Source: Candidatus Saccharimonadota bacterium (lineage in GTDB: Bacteria > Patescibacteriota > Gracilibacteria > UBA4473). From it: a stretch of DNA of 32,000 bases. Shown here piece after piece: positions 1-8,227 of this stretch (the stretch's first letter is position 1; the number at the start of each line of letters is the position of its first letter). The notes beneath the pieces are model-generated. The model ran no database searches, had not been told where the DNA came from, and saw only the letters and a list, made by a program, of their open reading frames with translations. The translations under genes were made by a program, and so were the position numbers. The DNA lies in contig JAUIFI010000001.1 of NCBI GenBank assembly GCA_030429505.1, positions 240,001 through 272,000 of the forward strand, read 5' to 3'.

Positions 1-55
1 GTCCATCCAACCAAATACAAACGTCTTTATAAGAAAAGAAACAAAAAAAGCAAGA

Positions 56-832
56 CTAAACTTTTTCCTTCACAAGCTCGCCAATTAAAATCAATCTATT
101 TTTGTTTGTCCCTACCGGTGTACATGTCATAAGTGTAATGATGGAAAGGTTTTCCGGCTGATCTAAAACCTCCGTAGCCGTTGGAGGAACGACTTCTTTT
201 GCTTTAATGCGATATACATATTTTCGTCCTTCCCAAAAAACATGAATAATCTCACCTTCATGAACCTCATGAAGCAAGGCAAACATATCTTTATACCGTC
301 CCGGATCCCAAGGATAGTACGAAGAATGTCCAGTCACAAAGAAATTCCCATTTGTTCCTGGTGCATGAGACACTGGATGGACAACGGCTCCATTACGCAA
401 ACCTTCCTGAATATTAGATTCTAGTTGTTGCCAGTTTTTGTGATGAGGGACATTAACGAGCGGTACATTTTTTTGAATCCGAGGAATATATATACGATTA
501 TCAGAAGGATATATATCCATCTTAGCAAAAGTTTGCTTCGCCTGATTTTTGGGCTTTAAATCTTTATTACGAAAAAGTTGTCGATCAGTCTTAATTTTTT
601 CCAGTGTCAAAGGTTCGGCGGATTCGGAAGTCCCAAAATTATCTGCCAGCGAAACTACAGAAGCTTTGAGATTATTAAATTTAAAAGCAGTGATCTCAGC
701 ATAAGCTGAGTAGTTAAGTCCCACATGCGCTGCTCCCCAGAAAAAACCAACACTCCCTGCAAAAAGTAGTGCATCCTTCCACAAAGCTCGTTTTTTCTTC
801 TGCTTCAAACCAAACTGATTTTGTTCATTCAT
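56..832 (-). CDS. Sortase-family transpeptidase, membrane anchored
   Basis: 258-aa ORF with an N-terminal TM helix (ALLFAGSVGFFWGAAHVGL). It has the sortase His region (FVTGHSSY), the catalytic TLxTC motif (LMTCTP) and a downstream Arg (NRLILIGE). Confidence 0.85.
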   Translation of the reverse strand: MNEQNQFGLKQKKKRALWKDALLFAGSVGFFWGAAHVGLNYSAYAEITAFKFNNLKASVVSLADNFGTSESAEPLTLEKIKTDRQLFRNKDLKPKNQAKQTFAKMDIYPSDNRIYIPRIQKNVPLVNVPHHKNWQQLESNIQEGLRNGAVVHPVSHAPGTNGNFFVTGHSSYYPWDPGRYKDMFALLHEVHEGEIIHVFWEGRKYVYRIKAKEVVPPTATEVLDQPENLSIITLMTCTPVGTNKNRLILIGELVKEKV

Positions 833-887
833 AGGAAAAAATAAATCCCCGCATTATAGCAGAAAAAAGAGCGTTATTCAAGTAATT

Positions 888-927
888 AAAAAGAAAAAAG
901 CGGATAGGATATTGCTATCCTGTCCGC
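888..927 (-). terminator. Rho-independent terminator downstream of the 948-1280 ORF
   Basis: On the minus strand GCGGACAGGATA-GCAA-TATCCTATCCGC forms a 12-bp stem with one mismatch, followed by TTTTTTCTTTTT. Confidence 0.7.
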
Positions 928-947
928 GCAAAACAGTTTGATTAACA

Positions 948-1280
948 TCAGAAAAAATGGACATTGATTTGTCCCGGAACACAGGTCTGAACGCTACTTG
1001 CCGTTTCTTCTTGTCCGCATCTATACCAAGTAGCAGTGACGTTACTCTTGTCTGTTGTATCCATTTCGATCCAAGCATTGTTCCCACCAACAGCACGAAT
1101 TCTTTCCGGAAGCTTTAATTTTCCATCATCGCCCTATCGTGCCCAAAAAGATCCTCCAGAATAAACAACACGGATTCTCTTGTTAGAGAGAGGTTCTACA
1201 TAATCACTACTGCCAAAAAATGCGTAATAACCGAGTAAAGCGATAAATACTAATACAAAAAGACCCTTTGCTTTTTCCAT
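948..1280 (-). pseudogene. Small signal/TM-anchored protein interrupted by an in-frame TAG at codon 49
   Basis: Manual translation gives MEKAKGLFVLVFIALLGYYAFFGSSDYVEPLSNKRIRVVYSGGSFWAR, then TAG (1134-1136). It continues in the same frame with GDDGKLKLPERIRAVGGNNAWIEMDTTDKSNVTATWYRCGQEETASSVQTCVPGQINVHFF and TGA. The frame ends about 20 nt before a strong terminator. The track ORF 878-1096 is in another frame and runs through that terminator. Confidence 0.35.
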
Positions 1281-1525
1281 GGTAATTTACCGTATACGTG
1301 AAACAAAAAATTTTTTGGAATCCATTCAAATCTCCTTTAAAAGAAAGCTCGAAAAGACTCCAAAAAAACTACTTCTAAATAAAAATGAAAAAGAACAGTA
1401 TCAAACTGATATGATTATTTATTAGTATGAAAAATTATTTTTGTCAATTCTTCCGGATACTTCACAAAACACAAAAGACTCATTAAATAAATCTTCTTAA
1501 TTACAAGAAGAAAACCTAAAAAGTT

Positions 1526-1587
1526 ATATACAAAAAAATCGGTAAAAAACTTATAGTTTTTCAGAGTAAAACATTGCTTATTCACTC
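1526..1587. repeat. 62-bp direct repeat, copy A, overlapping the stop codon and 3' flank of the channel gene
   Basis: ATATACAAAAAAATCGGTAAAAAACTTATAGTTTTTCAGAGtAAAACATTGcTTATTCAcTC matches 2709-2770 at 59 of 62 positions, including a 41-nt perfect run. Confidence 0.9.
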
Positions 1588-2657
1588 ACTCCAAACCATT
1601 TTTCTTGAATTTGTTGATATGTACCATCTTCTTTTAGCTTCAATAAAGCAGTATTTGTCATTTTTCTCAAAGAACTTCCCGAAGGAAAAGCAATTCCATA
1701 CTGTTCTTTTTGAAAAATCTTTCCGACAGTCTTCACTTTTCCTAATCCATCAGTGGCCGCATAGTATTGTAAAACCGGAGCATCATAAACGATAGCTTCA
1801 ATTTTACCCTCCTCCAATGCTTGATAAGCCTCAGAAATGGTTTTAAACCCTACAGGGGAAATATTTTTAGACTGCAAAAATCTGTCCGAAGTGGTATTTT
1901 CAACCGTTCCTACAGATTTTCCAATAAGATCAGAAAAGCCATTAATAGAACTTTGAAGACTTTCTACGGTGAGCGTGCTTGTAATAGAGCTTGTAAAATA
2001 AGCGATTAAAAATAAACCAAGAAACATCCAGGTTATCCCTATAATTCTCCCCAAAATACCGCGAGGCACCTTGTCTCCATAACCAACAGTCGTAATGGTT
2101 ACTGCCGACCACCAGAAAGCTTCCCATACCCCGACAAGATAGCGTTCTGAAAAATCAGTATTTTTCTTCCGTTCAGAAAACCAAACTATATTAGCGACAA
2201 TAAACATAAGAAATATAAGCCCTCCTACAATCTTAAAAAGAGGCATTAGAATGCTAAAGCGAAACTTACTTCCTTTTTGATTTTGAGAAACCAGAATTTG
2301 CAACCCGGAATCAAACATTGAGTGAGAAAAATCCACTCTTTTGTCCCGTTCAGAATTAATAGTAATAGCAGCTATAGCCATGTCAGCCTCATTATTTTCT
2401 ACGGCAACTAATAAATCATTTACCCCTAGAACTCTTTCCATGAGTTGATATTCGTACCCCATGCGTTCCACAAGTGAATGTAATAAATCGATACTAAAAC
2501 CAGTATCACTTCCTGCCATAACGAATGGTTCAATGGTTTTTGTAATAACACGAAGGGGGGCTTCACTATTTTCATTCGATTGTGCCGAAACCAATAGTGC
2601 TGGATAAAAAAAGAAAATTATCCAAAAGAAAGTAAGTGTTTTTAATTTAAAAACCAT
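1578..2657 (-). CDS. GluR0-type ligand-gated potassium channel (periplasmic binding-protein lobes S1/S2 split by an M1-P-M2 pore)
   Basis: 359 aa with a signal peptide. An SBP lobe (FSIDLL...MAIAAITINSERDKRVDFSHS) is followed by a TM helix, a pore helix with the K+ selectivity filter TTVGYGD and a second TM helix. A second SBP lobe follows (AIVYDAPVLQYY...YGIAFPSGS). Confidence 0.85.
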   Translation of the reverse strand: MVFKLKTLTFFWIIFFFYPALLVSAQSNENSEAPLRVITKTIEPFVMAGSDTGFSIDLLHSLVERMGYEYQLMERVLGVNDLLVAVENNEADMAIAAITINSERDKRVDFSHSMFDSGLQILVSQNQKGSKFRFSILMPLFKIVGGLIFLMFIVANIVWFSERKKNTDFSERYLVGVWEAFWWSAVTITTVGYGDKVPRGILGRIIGITWMFLGLFLIAYFTSSITSTLTVESLQSSINGFSDLIGKSVGTVENTTSDRFLQSKNISPVGFKTISEAYQALEEGKIEAIVYDAPVLQYYAATDGLGKVKTVGKIFQKEQYGIAFPSGSSLRKMTNTALLKLKEDGTYQQIQEKWFGVSE

Positions 2658-2708
2658 GAAATTATCAATAATAAATCTTATTTTATTGTAGGAGGAAATT
2701 TTAAAAAA

Positions 2709-2770
2709 ATATACAAAAAAATCGGTAAAAAACTTATAGTTTTTCAGAGAAAAACATTGTTTATTCAGTC
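2709..2770. repeat. 62-bp direct repeat, copy B, 52-113 nt upstream of the channel gene start
   Basis: Matches 1526-1587 at 59 of 62 positions in the same orientation, 1,183 bp away. Confidence 0.9.
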
Positions 2771-2907
2771 TGAAAAAGGCTCTGAAAATTTACAAATAAT
2801 ACTTTGAAATTTTTTTATATATTCCGCTATGAAAAATCATGTTCTTAGCTCTTGCAAAGAGAGAAAAAAAAGAAAAAATTGTAGCTAGTATTTCTTAATT
2901 ACCTCCC

Positions 2908-2979
2908 ATGGCAACAGCAAAAAAAGCAAAAAAGCCAGCTGCTAAAAAGACTGCCAAAAAAGCACCAAAGAAGAAGTAA
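2908..2979 (+). CDS. Possible 23-aa Lys/Ala-rich micropeptide (MATAKKAKKPAAKKTAKKAPKKK)
   Basis: ATG-to-TAA ORF below the track length cutoff, followed about 30 nt later by a hairpin with a T-run. No clear SD or promoter was found, and low-complexity sequence could give a chance ORF. Confidence 0.3.
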   Translation: MATAKKAKKPAAKKTAKKAPKKK

Positions 2980-3011
2980 TTCAAAATTTTATTTATCAAA
3001 CAAGAATAAAA

Positions 3012-3051
3012 ACGGACAAAGCTCTTAAAATAGAATACTTGTCCGTTTTTT
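3012..3051. terminator. Putative bidirectional terminator between the micropeptide ORF and pilT
   Basis: ACGGACAA ... TTGTCCGT forms an 8-bp perfect stem with a 19-nt loop. T-runs follow it on both strands (TTTTTTAATTTTTT on plus, TTTTTATT on minus). Confidence 0.5.
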
Positions 3052-3070
3052 AATTTTTTCACACTCCCTA

Positions 3071-4171
3071 TTACCCATGATCTTCCAACGTCTTTTTCGC
3101 AATTTCAATATCTAAGTATTCTTTCTCTACTAAAAAATTCAACATATTCTTCAAAGGCAACATTCCATCATTCTGTCCCGTCTGAATAACGGACTTGAGC
3201 TGATACGTCTTTTGATCACGGATCAAGTGGGCTACTGCATTCGTACGAAACATAATTTCAAAAGCCGCCACACGTCCCATCCCACCTTTACGAGGCAAAA
3301 GTTTTTGCCAAACAACCGCTTGCAATGATTGTGCCAACTGACTCCGAACCTGATTCTGCTCATTTCCAGGGAAAATATCAATGAGTCGGTTTACCGCTCC
3401 TGCCGCATCATTAGTGTGTAATGTCGCAAAGACCAAAGAACCAGTTTCCGCCGCTGTAATAGCCAAAGCAATCGTTTCCAGGTCACGTAATTCTCCCACC
3501 ATGATAACATCTGGTGCTTGACGAAGCGAAGACCGAAGCGCTTGACCAAAGCTCCGAGAATGTGGACCCACAGCCCTTTGTTCAACGAGTGAGCTTTTAT
3601 CTTTATGTATATATTCAATGGGATCTTCGATCGTAAGAATATGTTTGTTGTGTTTTTGATTAATGAGATCCAAGACAGATGCCAATGTAGAAGATTTTCC
3701 AGATCCCGCAGAACCTGTAACCAGTACCAATCCAGACGGAAGGTTTACCAACCTATATAAATGATCAGGCAATCCAAGTTCTTCAAAAGAAGGAATGATA
3801 TTAGGAATAACCCTAAACGTGATTGACAAACCATTTTTCTGATAAAATGCATTCACCCGAAAACGATGACCACCTTCAATAGTAATCGAAAAATCATGTT
3901 CTAGTTTTTCCTTTAAAATTTGATGATCATATTCAGACATCATGCCTTCCAAATAAGCTTCCAGCATTTCGCTAGTCAAAATTGGCTCATCCTCAAAAAA
4001 CAACGTCTTGCCATCAATCCGGCACGAAGGTTTCGATTGTGACGCCAAAAACACATCAGAGGCTCGTTTATCAATCGCCTCCATTTGCAAACGAAGTACA
4101 TAGTCTTGGATAGGAATAGCTTGAGATCCTGCGGAAGTTGGAGTTTGAGACATCGATCCATTATACTCCAT
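3071..4171 (-). CDS. pilT: Type IV pilus retraction (twitching motility) ATPase PilT
   Basis: 366 aa with Walker A GSAGSGKSST, the Asp box/Walker B region (VIMVGELRD) and a His box (FATLHTNDA). Overall it has the PilT/GspE-type secretion ATPase layout. The start may be a downstream Met (MSQTP). Confidence 0.9.
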   Translation of the reverse strand: MEYNGSMSQTPTSAGSQAIPIQDYVLRLQMEAIDKRASDVFLASQSKPSCRIDGKTLFFEDEPILTSEMLEAYLEGMMSEYDHQILKEKLEHDFSITIEGGHRFRVNAFYQKNGLSITFRVIPNIIPSFEELGLPDHLYRLVNLPSGLVLVTGSAGSGKSSTLASVLDLINQKHNKHILTIEDPIEYIHKDKSSLVEQRAVGPHSRSFGQALRSSLRQAPDVIMVGELRDLETIALAITAAETGSLVFATLHTNDAAGAVNRLIDIFPGNEQNQVRSQLAQSLQAVVWQKLLPRKGGMGRVAAFEIMFRTNAVAHLIRDQKTYQLKSVIQTGQNDGMLPLKNMLNFLVEKEYLDIEIAKKTLEDHG

Positions 4172-4223
4172 TCTCTCAAAGATTTCAACTTTAAATCAAT
4201 ACCAAGAACAATCCCTTAATCAT

Positions 4224-4265
4224 AAAAAAAGACCTTAAGAGATTGCTCGAGGCAATCTCTTAAGG
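4224..4265 (-). terminator. Rho-independent terminator downstream of 4346-4675
   Basis: Perfect 14-bp stem CCTTAAGAGATTGC / GCAATCTCTTAAGG with a 5-nt loop, followed on the minus strand by TCTTTTTTT. Confidence 0.75.
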
Positions 4266-4345
4266 CCCAGGCTCTTCGTGTTCATCATTACCACTTCACA
4301 GCGTCACAGGCATGATAAGGGTTCTTAGTTTTGGGCTTATTGCTA

Positions 4346-4675
4346 TTAGAAATAGCAAGGAAGTCCGAAACTATGTCGGCTTGTCATTGTAACTGTTGTT
4401 GCAGTTTCTGACAGATATCCGAACCATATCAAATACCCAACATAAACTGTATCTCCACCGGACGTAACTCCGATACCGTATACCCACGTATCAAATCCAT
4501 TCGGATGGGTAATTTCCGTGGGCGTAAACGTCACCAGGTCCTGTGCTCCGGAGCAAGCTGACACGTCTTTTGTGACGCCAAGCGTGATGGTGTACGACCC
4601 CCCAGCGGCTGCCGATATTGGGTTTGATAATGTAAGAACCATAAAAACAAAAGCAAAAGCTAAAAAGAATCTCAT
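4346..4675 (-). CDS. Small secreted protein of unknown function
   Basis: 109 aa with a signal peptide (MRFFLAFAFVFMVLTLSNPISAAAG). It looks more GC-rich than its neighbours by eye. Triple stop codons and a strong terminator lie downstream. Confidence 0.6.
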   Translation of the reverse strand: MRFFLAFAFVFMVLTLSNPISAAAGGSYTITLGVTKDVSACSGAQDLVTFTPTEITHPNGFDTWVYGIGVTSGGDTVYVGYLIWFGYLSETATTVTMTSRHSFGLPCYF

Positions 4676-4997
4676 GATATTTCTCCTGAGGAAAAATGAG
4701 TATAACTATTGTATTTGTATCGCCCTTGTGAGCGACGAAGTTTGCTTAGTTTTGGTAAATAACAAACTACCAGAACCAGAACATTATTACATGCCAAATA
4801 CTTCTCCCGAAAGTGAGTAAACGATAACTATGTTTACAGACACGAAGTCTGAGGAAAAAATCCCCAGAGATATGTCTATAAACGATGTATTATGTCAAAA
4901 AGCAAAATCAAACATTACTACCCTTACCTAAATTTACTTTTTTGTAAAATGATTTTGTAATAAAAAAATATAGAAACAGAGATAAGTAGTATTAAAA

Positions 4998-5429
4998 CTA
5001 CTTTAAATAAGACTTAATAAGGGCTATATCCTTTTGGTCTTTTGACCGATTAAGTAGCTTTTTATACTTTAAAATATCTTCTAATGGACTCACTCGAATA
5101 CCATCAACGATTACAGCATTATCAATGAGTTGGTCAATGTCTAGTGAATGTAGGGGATTTCCTACAACAAATCCCTTTCCTAAAGAAATATTTCCATCAG
5201 ACAGACGAAGAGTCATATCATCGACCTTTACACCCATATTTTCTGCTTGAGTCCAGATAGGTTCTCGAACCAGTACATCCAGATCATTAATTTGGTCTCG
5301 AAGACCCAAAACATACATCATTGTACTCCCAAAAATCACGTAATCATCCTTCAACGGAAAGTTGTAAGCGAACAATTGCTGGATAAAAGGGTGAGAACGT
5401 AACGCATTAACAGACTGATAAGTATTCAT
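4998..5429 (-). CDS. Hypothetical protein, possible minimal nucleotidyltransferase fold
   Basis: 143 aa starting at MNTYQSVNAL. FGSTMMYVLGLRDQINDLDVLV resembles the G[SG]...DxD motif of the Pol-beta nucleotidyltransferase fold. The first 62 aa of track ORF 4998-5615 are translation across two tRNA genes and were trimmed. Confidence 0.45.
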   Translation of the reverse strand: MNTYQSVNALRSHPFIQQLFAYNFPLKDDYVIFGSTMMYVLGLRDQINDLDVLVREPIWTQAENMGVKVDDMTLRLSDGNISLGKGFVVGNPLHSLDIDQLIDNAVIVDGIRVSPLEDILKYKKLLNRSKDQKDIALIKSYLK

Positions 5430-5434
5430 TTCAA

Positions 5435-5520
5435 TGGTGCTCGGGGCGGGACTCGAACCCGCACGCCCGTGAAGGCAAGAGATTTTAAGTCTCTCGTGTC
5501 TACCATTCCACCACCCGAGC
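5435..5520 (-). tRNA. tRNA-Leu (anticodon UAA), class II with a long variable arm and encoded CCA
   Basis: Reverse complement is GCTCGGGTGGTGGAATGGTAGACACGAGAGACTTAAAATCTCTTGCCTTCACGGGCGTGCGGGTTCGAGTCCCGCCCCGAGCACCA. The 7-bp acceptor stem, anticodon stem AGAGA/TCTCT, loop CTTAAAA and T arm GCGGG-TTCGAGT-CCCGC all fold as expected. Confidence 0.92.
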
Positions 5521-5521
5521 T

Positions 5522-5595
5522 TGGAGGCGCCACCCGGAATTGAACCGGGGTACAAGGCTTTGCAGGCCTCTGCGTAACCACTCCGCCATGGCGCC
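5522..5595 (-). tRNA. tRNA-Cys (anticodon GCA), encoded CCA
   Basis: Reverse complement is GGCGCCATGGCGGAGTGGTTACGCAGAGGCCTGCAAAGCCTTGTACCCCGGTTCAATTCCGGGTGGCGCCTCCA. It has acceptor stem GGCGCCA/TGGCGCC, anticodon loop CTGCAAA and T arm CCCGG-TTCAATT-CCGGG. Confidence 0.92.
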
Positions 5596-5729
5596 GGCGT
5601 TGTCTTAGACGACACCTATTCCATCTCGACGATAATCGAGATTTCATTGGCTTTGTCTGCTTCTTCTTTCATCCTTAAACGACTTTTTTAGTAAAAAAAT
5701 ACTACCTGAAAGAGCGAGGGAATTGTATG

Positions 5730-6233
5730 CTATTCTTCGGTTTTGTCTACCATCTTTCCCCAAGAATCAAGGATAGCAGGACACGCTGAATTTTCTTGTC
5801 CTGGTACGATAACCGAACAAGTCGCAATCAGAAAAATATTCTGTTCAGAAAGGTCAAAAGCTTTTTGCCAAAAATAGCGCAGAGATGAAGTCGGGTTGGA
5901 CTTGGCTTCAAAAGACCATATGTCAAAAGACGTATCTTTGGGATTAAAATAGTATAAATCCTCAGTTTCTTGTTCTAAGAGTGTAGGACCCACATTCGTC
6001 ACACTCCCTTGCTTGTGCAGAATGACAATATTGGAGCTCCCATCATGCGCCATAAAAATAGCGTCTGTTCTATCAGGCGGAGTGATTTCTTTCCATGATT
6101 CCGGTAGTATCAATCCCAAAACATCATTTCCAATAGAAAAAGTATGAGTAGCGCTATCAATAGTAAAAGAAGATGGGGGAGTGGTGCATCCCCACCATAC
6201 AAAGCAACTCATTATGACAAAAAATTTTCGCAT
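5730..6233 (-). CDS. Putative lipoprotein of unknown function
   Basis: The ORF is trimmed to MRKFFVIMSCFVWWGC, a signal peptide with a lipobox-like WWGC. There is no recognisable family. Confidence 0.55.
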   Translation of the reverse strand: MRKFFVIMSCFVWWGCTTPPSSFTIDSATHTFSIGNDVLGLILPESWKEITPPDRTDAIFMAHDGSSNIVILHKQGSVTNVGPTLLEQETEDLYYFNPKDTSFDIWSFEAKSNPTSSLRYFWQKAFDLSEQNIFLIATCSVIVPGQENSACPAILDSWGKMVDKTEE

Positions 6234-6263
6234 TTTCTGATTGCCATTGTAGGCTGAGAATAT

Positions 6264-6719
6264 ATGAAAATAAAGTTGTATTTTTTTGGAAAACAAAATG
6301 ATGTCAGCGAAAGGGAAAAAGAACTTATTCGTCGTATTAACTTTCGAAAGACCTTTGATATTATTCCATTGAATCCGGCTGGTATAAAAGATGCCGCCAA
6401 GGCAAAAACGAAAGAATCTGATTTATTTTTAAGTAAAGTAGATGACCAAGATTATGTAATAGCTTTTGATGAAAAAGGAACAGAAATGACATCGCCAGAA
6501 TTTTCTCAGTGGCTGGAAGAGACATGGGTCAATGAAAAAAGTGTGCAATTTGTTATTGGAGGGGCGCATGGATTAGATCCCAAAATTTTAAAAAGAGCTA
6601 ATTATATATTAGGTTTAGGAAAAATGACGTGGACCAAAGACCTCTGCCGCCACATGGCACTCGAACAAATCTACCGAGCGTTGGAGATCCGACACGGATC
6701 GAGCTTTCATAAAGCCTGA
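6264..6719 (+). CDS. rlmH: 23S rRNA (pseudouridine1915-N3)-methyltransferase RlmH (SPOUT)
   Basis: 151 aa with the typical RlmH layout: MKIKLYFFGK N-terminus, GGAHGL, and the C-terminal LGLGKMTWTKDLCRHMALEQIYRALEIRHGSSFHK. This parallels the canonical ...KMTFPHQL...EQIYRA...G.PYHK. Confidence 0.85.
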   Translation: MKIKLYFFGKQNDVSEREKELIRRINFRKTFDIIPLNPAGIKDAAKAKTKESDLFLSKVDDQDYVIAFDEKGTEMTSPEFSQWLEETWVNEKSVQFVIGGAHGLDPKILKRANYILGLGKMTWTKDLCRHMALEQIYRALEIRHGSSFHKA

Positions 6720-6723
6720 AAAT

Positions 6724-6753
6724 AAAAAAAACCTGCCTCCCGGAGAAGCAGGT
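6724..6753 (-). terminator. Hairpin with T-run downstream of 6797-7288 (minus), between convergent genes
   Basis: The ACCTGCCTCCCGGAGAAGCAGGT hairpin is followed on the minus strand by TTTTTTTT. On the plus strand it is preceded by an A-run. Confidence 0.5.
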
Positions 6754-6796
6754 GTTGCTAGGACGAATGGATAGGAGCGGGTAATAGAAAAGAAAT

Positions 6797-7288
6797 TCAA
6801 TCTTTCTCTTTTTTATTGAAGACTTTTAATTCTTCTTTAATCAAGCTGGCACTGTAGCTTAAAGTCCGCATAAATGAATTAATATCATCCATACATTTCT
6901 CAAGATATTCGCGTGTATCATCGAAAATTATTTCCAATGGAGCGTCCCACCATAAATGTTCAAAACAAATATTCTTTGCCCACGGAATAACTTGAATTTT
7001 TGCATCTTCTATTATCAGAGTTGCTAGTTCAGGATTATTCCTAGGCTGCTTTTCCTCATCAATTTTAACTTTATTATGAAATAAGCGATGAATGCCTATT
7101 CCAGCAGATAGTCCTAAATAAGATTCATCCCTAATAAAGTAGACTATTAAGCTGTTAATTGTTTTATGCCCTTCTATACAATAATAAGGACCTTCCCATC
7201 CACGAATAAAGTCGTCAAAAGTTTCAAATGTATGAAAAGAGATAGAACGCTTAGTTCTTTCTCCCTCCTTGTGTAAGATTACAGACAT
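6797..7288 (-). CDS. Hypothetical cytoplasmic protein
   Basis: Track ORF 6797-7321. The start at MSVILHK (7288) is preferred because AAGGA lies about 10 nt upstream. No motif was recognised. Confidence 0.5.
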   Translation of the reverse strand: MSVILHKEGERTKRSISFHTFETFDDFIRGWEGPYYCIEGHKTINSLIVYFIRDESYLGLSAGIGIHRLFHNKVKIDEEKQPRNNPELATLIIEDAKIQVIPWAKNICFEHLWWDAPLEIIFDDTREYLEKCMDDINSFMRTLSYSASLIKEELKVFNKKEKD

Positions 7289-7448
7289 AATAAAAATCCT
7301 TATAAAATAGAGAAATGTCAAAGCTTCATCCTGCCCACGAGATATTCCATGAACACAAAGAAGCTTTGATCCCTATCCGTGTACTTCAAAGATCATGCTT
7401 TCTAGTGAAAGTAATGTGTTTTTAAACTATTTAAATGTAGAAGTCAAT

Positions 7449-7478
7449 AAAAAAAGACCCTTGAGCAGCTCAAGGGTC
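7449..7478 (-). terminator. Rho-independent terminator downstream of 7487-7813
   Basis: GACCCTTGAGC-A-GCTCAAGGGTC is a near-perfect palindrome starting 9 nt after the stop. On the minus strand it is followed by TTTTTTTATT. Confidence 0.8.
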
Positions 7479-7486
7479 GTGAGAAA

Positions 7487-7813
7487 TTAAGAATCTTTGT
7501 GTGCTTCAAGGACAGGTGTGATGTCATCCGGCTTCACCTCCGTCCGCCATCCATCCTCAAAGACAATGTGATATGTGCCATGGACTCCATGACCTTTAAC
7601 TGTAGCCATCTTTCCATCCCACTGACTTTCTCCCGTGAAAGAATCGAATGTCACGATTGTTTCAATAGGAATGAGAGCGGTAACCTCTTCCAAGGAAGCT
7701 GTCATTTCATGTCCATCTTCAAATCTTATCAAGTAAAGAACAATAGTTTCTTTGTTTTTCAGATAACCAATGATCTTAGCTTTTTCGCCGTCTTTCAGAT
7801 GTTTATCTTCCAT
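7487..7813 (-). CDS. Hypothetical protein with two internal ~35-aa repeats (G.kA..G...Y.I.FEDG motif)
   Basis: 108 aa. GEKAKIIGYLKNKETIVLYLIRFEDGHEMTASLEEVT aligns with GKMATVKGHGVHGTYHIVFEDGWRTEVKPDDIT. The frame stays open upstream as far as an in-frame TAA (see findings). Confidence 0.6.
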   Translation of the reverse strand: MEDKHLKDGEKAKIIGYLKNKETIVLYLIRFEDGHEMTASLEEVTALIPIETIVTFDSFTGESQWDGKMATVKGHGVHGTYHIVFEDGWRTEVKPDDITPVLEAHKDS

Positions 7814-8227
7814 AGAACGAAAGATAACTTCGTTTCCAATATCGAGTTTGATTTCTCCCGGAAGAACGTCACATTTCTTATTATCAGATAAAAATTGAAT
7901 AACATGACAAATGTCGCCATTTGGAAAAGGTTTTTTATGACCTATGACGATGGCTTTTTACCCGTTTTGAGGAACGTTAACTTCAATATTAAAAACAACT
8001 CTCGTCTCAATTAAATACTTCATTTCATACTCCTGTTCTTGATATTTTTGAAAGAGCATTTCCCAACTAAGTGAAAAATTACCCTCTCAAAAAGAAACAA
8101 TAATCTCACTATAATCTTTATAAAATCATGAGAGTATTTGTCAAAAAAGACAGAAAAAATCATCCCTCAAAGAAAGTCATTCGTAGCTCCTTCAGAAGAA
8201 AAGAAAAAAGAAGGAATTTATTTGACC

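Noticed and set aside
878-1096. Track ORF 878-1096 (72 aa, minus strand)
   Set aside because: It runs through the terminator hairpin at 900-927. It is out of frame with the better-supported 948-1280 reading frame.
5430-5647. N-terminal 62 aa of track ORF 4998-5615 and the whole of ORF 5426-5647
   Set aside because: These frames read straight across tRNA-Leu and tRNA-Cys, both of which fold into complete cloverleaves. The protein-coding call was trimmed to 4998-5429.
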